Shown: one piece after another, positions 34,850-38,446 of the stretch | How the letters are laid out: every line of letters begins with the position of its first letter | How positions within the stretch are numbered: the first letter of the stretch is position 1 | Assembly: GCA_001724265.1 (NCBI GenBank) | Contig: MEDY01000171.1 | Span: 62,001 to 100,446, forward strand | Length of the DNA: 38,446 bases | Direction of reading: 5' to 3' | Source of the DNA: Rhizaria sp. SCN 62-66 | Lineage: Eukaryota | Program-made: the position numbers and the translations under genes | Notes under the pieces: generated by a model | Seen by the model: the letters and a program-made list of their open reading frames with translations, nothing else | What the model was told of the DNA's origin: nothing | Database searches by the model: none

Positions 34850-35160
34850 ACTTATCAATATTTGTGGATATACGTCTGTCTCACCATTACCTAGATTAAC
34901 TAACAATTTTATACACGTTGATTACTTGTGATTACCAATACAGAGAATCTTTTGTGAAATGTAGTGAATTAGATTCGCAATAAACGGTTTTTAAATATGT
35001 ATTACACGGCAAGTAGTCCTCTCATTGGCCTGACATACTCTTGTTATCGGTTACTCATGAACTTCGAGGCACTAATCCAGGAAAGACATATTCAAAATGA
35101 CCTATCACAGTGATTATTTGCTGCAAATCCAATAGAAACCCATTTCATGGCATCTCACAC

Positions 35161-36501
35161 TCATGCTGCTGGCTCAGCAGCCTCGGCAGCAGCAACGGCT
35201 TCGGTTGGAGCTGCACCGTCGTTCACGCCTTCTTTCGCGGCGTTGGTCGCTCCGTCTGCAGGCACGTCGGCAGCAACAGTATTATCGCCCTCCTCCGCGT
35301 CAGCGGCGGACTCCGCGTCAGCAGCGGCGTCGGCCGCGTCGTCGTCGTCGCCGCCGTCGCCGCCGTCCTCGGTGTTGCGCTTCCAGCGCGGCGGCATGAC
35401 GGCCTCGAGCGCCTCCTTCCAGCCCATCGTCTGCTTGGCCACGAGCAGCTCCATAACGCCCACGGTCGTCAGCACGGTGCGCACGCGGCCCGCCTGCGGC
35501 AGCAGCTTCTCGATCGGCAGGCGCGCGGTGCGCATGCCCAGCGCCGTAGCCTTTGCGTAGCACGCGCCCTTGAGGCGGTTGTGGTCGACGAGCCCGCCGA
35601 TGACGTAGACATCCTGCGGCGAGAGCTCCTCCAGCACCGTGTCGCTCTCGGCGCACAGGTACACGACGCGCTCGCGCGCGGGGCCTGCGGGGTAGACCTC
35701 GCCAAGCGGGCGCGGGTCCACGGTCCAGACCCAGTGGTCGATGTTGGTGCGCGAGCGCCGCATGCGATCCATCGTCTTGCAGTCGGACGTCAGACCCGTC
35801 GCCACCAGGTGCATCGGTTTGTGCGCGCGCGTTATCAGTGCGTAGCAGTGCGCGACCTGCGTCTCGAGACTGATCAGCTCGCGGTCAGTCATGTCGGCCT
35901 CGAAGCCGCAGTCGAGTACGGCAGTCAGCGTGTCGGGGGCCTTGAGCAGCTCGCGCAAAACCACCTCGCCGTGCCGGTGCTGGTTCTTGAACGCAGCGCC
36001 AAACATGGGCTGTTGCACGGGAAGACTCACCGACGTGTCGCCGGCCGCAATGGCGTCGAGCACGCGTTGCTGCTCCTCGCGCCTCGCACGCTTGCGCTCC
36101 TTGCGCCGGTTGCGCTCTGCCTGGCGCCGCGCAGGTTTGGCCGCGAGCAGCTCGGCCTTGCGCTTCAGCTTACGCAGCTTGTTCTTCGACAACGGAGGGC
36201 CCTCACCCTTCTCTGCGGTGGCAATCTCAGCAAGAACAGCAGCAAGCTCGACGGAGCCAGCAGGTGTCGAAGTGGTCTTATCATTGTCCTCGTCCGCATC
36301 ATCATCATCATCATCATCATCATCAGAGCCGCTGTTACCGCAGGAGTCGTCATTTGCCGTCACAGCAGCCTCAGCAGAAGAAGTGACAGCAGTCTCCTCC
36401 GCAGCACGCCGAGAAGACGCCGAAGATATGTTGGTGGTGCACTCCGTCGTCGCCGCAGCAGCAACAGCTGGAGTTGTCTCCACACTTGTTGGGCTTTCCA
36501 T
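35161..36501 (-). CDS. TRM10: tRNA m1G9 methyltransferase Trm10 (SPOUT family); alternative start at 36534
   Basis: LSKNKLRKLKR, LDCGFEADMTDRELISLETQVAHCY, VVYLCAES, VYVIGGLVDHNRLKG, RTARLPI and WKEALEAVMPPR. Ends in TGA. Confidence 0.95.
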   Translation of the reverse strand: MESPTSVETTPAVAAAATTECTTNISSASSRRAAEETAVTSSAEAAVTANDDSCGNSGSDDDDDDDDDADEDNDKTTSTPAGSVELAAVLAEIATAEKGEGPPLSKNKLRKLKRKAELLAAKPARRQAERNRRKERKRARREEQQRVLDAIAAGDTSVSLPVQQPMFGAAFKNQHRHGEVVLRELLKAPDTLTAVLDCGFEADMTDRELISLETQVAHCYALITRAHKPMHLVATGLTSDCKTMDRMRRSRTNIDHWVWTVDPRPLGEVYPAGPARERVVYLCAESDTVLEELSPQDVYVIGGLVDHNRLKGACYAKATALGMRTARLPIEKLLPQAGRVRTVLTTVGVMELLVAKQTMGWKEALEAVMPPRWKRNTEDGGDGGDDDDAADAAADAESAADAEEGDNTVAADVPADGATNAAKEGVNDGAAPTEAVAAAEAAEPAA

Positions 36502-36934
36502 TCTGCTCCGGAAGAAATCGGGTAAAGCAATCATTTGTGAGAAAATCCCAGGATGTTTTTCATTAAAAAAACGAGCGCATTTAACACATACTTAAGCGCG
36601 CACACGACTTTACGATGACTACACAGATATCTAGTGCTTCTCTCGGACCCTCTTTTGTCTCTTGCTCGGGCTCAAGCTCGACAAACCACAAACGAGTTTT
36701 CTCGACGTTTCGCGTGTCTGCAGAAAGCAAGCGAGTTTAAACTGCCAATTAGACTCGACTACTGCCGTGTATAGCGACTTTTGTTGATATCTCGTGTTAT
36801 TTTCTATTATTTCAACAATGAATTAACTATGATGTGCTCAATGGCGCACCTAATCTCGTCGTGTCTACGTACAAATCTTGCTTACCATCCCTCCATTGAA
36901 ATGGATCTACATTCGTGTTGTTTCAGGTATCCAC

Positions 36935-37903
36935 ATGCCCAAGAGCCGCGATATGATCGTGAAGGAGCGCAAGCGCGCAGAGGCCGAGGCCGCTCGCGCA
37001 AAGAACCAGGCCGAGGAGGAGCGCGAGCTTCGGAAGGCAACCAAGATGCAGGAGGTCGACAGCAAGGCTGGCTCGATTCTGGCTCCTGTGCACGTGCCCC
37101 TCAACGATAAGCCCCAGAAAAAGGCCGTCACGCTCGACAATCACGCCTCGGTCCCTGCGATGCCGCGCAAGTGGCGCAAGGGCGACAGTCAGGAGAGTGG
37201 TGATGATGATGACCTTGATGATGACGAGGACGAGGATGAGGACGAAGATGAGGATGAGGAAGAGGAAGAGGAGAAGCCTGAGGACGACGACAAGCCTGCC
37301 AAGAAGGGCAAGAAGGGTGGCAAGAAGCAGCAGCAGCATCTTGACGCCCCCAAGTCGGGTTCTGCAACTCCTGCAGCGCGCTCGCGTGCCAACTCCGGCT
37401 CTGCGTCGTCAGCGGCAGCGGATGGGAACCCAGAGGCCGGACACTCGCACCAGGGCAGCGTGCACCCGCTCGAAAACGGCAAGGGCTGGATGGCCGGCGC
37501 GTTCCTGCTCGCGGGGCTGCCCGGCGACCTGCCGCTCTCGGGCGCGGTCTCGGTGACGGTGAGCGTGCCCGGCGACGCCACCTTCCCCGCGCAGAAGCTC
37601 GAGGTCGACTGCGAGACGCTCCACCTGCCGCGCGGCAAGCGCTCCGCGCCCGAGCCCGCGCACGCGGCGGGCGCGCTCTTCATCGCCAACCGCACAGCCG
37701 ACCATAAAGGCGCCGCACTCAAGTCGGCGCAGGTTTCCGCGGCCTCCGAGTGGGACCAGCTGCGCACCACGGCCGGCGAGGTCGTCGCGCAGTACAAGGC
37801 ACGCGCAGCAGTCGACCGCGTCCGCTTCTTCGTGCAGACGCACCAGTATCGCGCGCAGCGCGACAGTGCCGCCGCGGGCGGCAAGACCGGCGCAAAGAAG
37901 TGA
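36935..37903 (+). CDS. Unknown protein (~322 aa): basic coiled-coil N-terminus, D/E tract, K-rich NLS-like segment, globular-looking C-terminus
   Basis: GC-rich open frame from ATG 36935 to TGA, with codon style like the neighbouring genes. Preceded by a possible acceptor TTTCAG (ending 36926). No family recognised. Confidence 0.75.
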   Translation: MPKSRDMIVKERKRAEAEAARAKNQAEEERELRKATKMQEVDSKAGSILAPVHVPLNDKPQKKAVTLDNHASVPAMPRKWRKGDSQESGDDDDLDDDEDEDEDEDEDEEEEEEKPEDDDKPAKKGKKGGKKQQQHLDAPKSGSATPAARSRANSGSASSAAADGNPEAGHSHQGSVHPLENGKGWMAGAFLLAGLPGDLPLSGAVSVTVSVPGDATFPAQKLEVDCETLHLPRGKRSAPEPAHAAGALFIANRTADHKGAALKSAQVSAASEWDQLRTTAGEVVAQYKARAAVDRVRFFVQTHQYRAQRDSAAAGGKTGAKK

Positions 37904-38139
37904 ATGCGGGCAAACAATTGACAATCTTCGTGGAGTACGACGGGCCCAGCGCGCGCATGATCACGCGGCATGCACCACTTAATATCGATAACTCAAGGAT
38001 GCATCAGTGTTATGTATGAATCATGAACACTCACCGAAGTAAACCAACAACCTGGAACCGGTAATACACAAAATCATTGCTTATCATGCGTCACTTGACA
38101 ATATTAACCTTTATCTACACGTGTTAGTACCTGGGTGCG

Positions 38140-38220
38140 GGGCGCGGCGTTGTTCTGCTCGACATCAAAGCTGCCACTGTCCTCTGCAGCTGTGTTGTCA
38201 AGCAGAACAGCGCCGAGCCC
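38140..38220. repeat. Imperfect inverted repeat: 35-bp arms (30/35 Watson-Crick plus one G-U) around an 11-nt loop
   Basis: 38140-38174 GGGCGCGGCGTTGTTCTGCTCGACATCAAAGCTGC versus the reverse complement of 38186-38220, GGGCTCGGCGCTGTTCTGCTTGACAACACAGCTGC. Confidence 0.9.
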
Positions 38221-38446
38221 ACATTGCCTTCATTGCTTTCATCTGCGTCGTTATTGCGCGCCCCATCGACGTTGCCGCTTTCCTGTCACAAGCCCGTAGA
38301 GCTGCAAGGCCTCATCAAATGCATCGCCGCAGGATTCTTCATTCAGGGCAGGATTTGGCTCGTGGATGTCAGGTGCCGCCAAGAAGGTGCTTGGTGCTAT
38401 GCCTCAGATTATTGACACCATTGGAAAGGGTGTTGGTCTTGTCAGG

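Noticed and set aside
154-37971. Numerous overlapping and antisense ORFs in the track (e.g. 7719-9260 -, 29098-30603 -, 33341-34906 -, 35110-36525 +)
   Set aside because: Shadow frames of very GC-rich, repeat-rich coding sequence, with no recognisable motifs.
38224-38446. Protein-like fragments at the right edge (e.g. GFGSWMSGAAKKVLGAMPQIIDTIGKGVGLVR, downstream of an in-frame TAG)
   Set aside because: The fragments lie in different frames, have no clear start and are cut by the window edge; they cannot be called a gene or used as TAG evidence.

Overview
Gene-dense nuclear DNA of a eukaryote, probably a protist. It has very GC-rich exons, AT-rich spacers, short GT-AG introns and proteins inflated by Ala/Gln/Gly-rich low-complexity tracts. 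Ten genes can be modelled: a partial S/T-P-rich protein, a GH20 beta-hexosaminidase, a ~1950-aa TSP1/EGF type-I membrane protein, two paralogous CCCH zinc-finger/ubiquitin-like/Q-rich proteins flanking a PKR1-like gene, a retinol-saturase/CrtI-family FAD oxidoreductase, a ~2030-aa USP22/Ubp8-like deubiquitinase, TRM10 and an unknown acidic/basic protein. Main finding: five in-frame TAG codons (4911, 9075, 11054, 12440, 26757) interrupt three otherwise intact genes, two of them inside recognisable domains. All nine modelled gene ends use TAA (5) or TGA (4). This points to a variant nuclear genetic code in which UAG alone is a sense codon (most likely Gln) while UAA and UGA remain stops. Secondary findings are the paralogous zinc-finger family and an 81-nt pre-miRNA-like hairpin at 38140-38220. 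All family assignments are from motifs recognised by eye; no searches were run.
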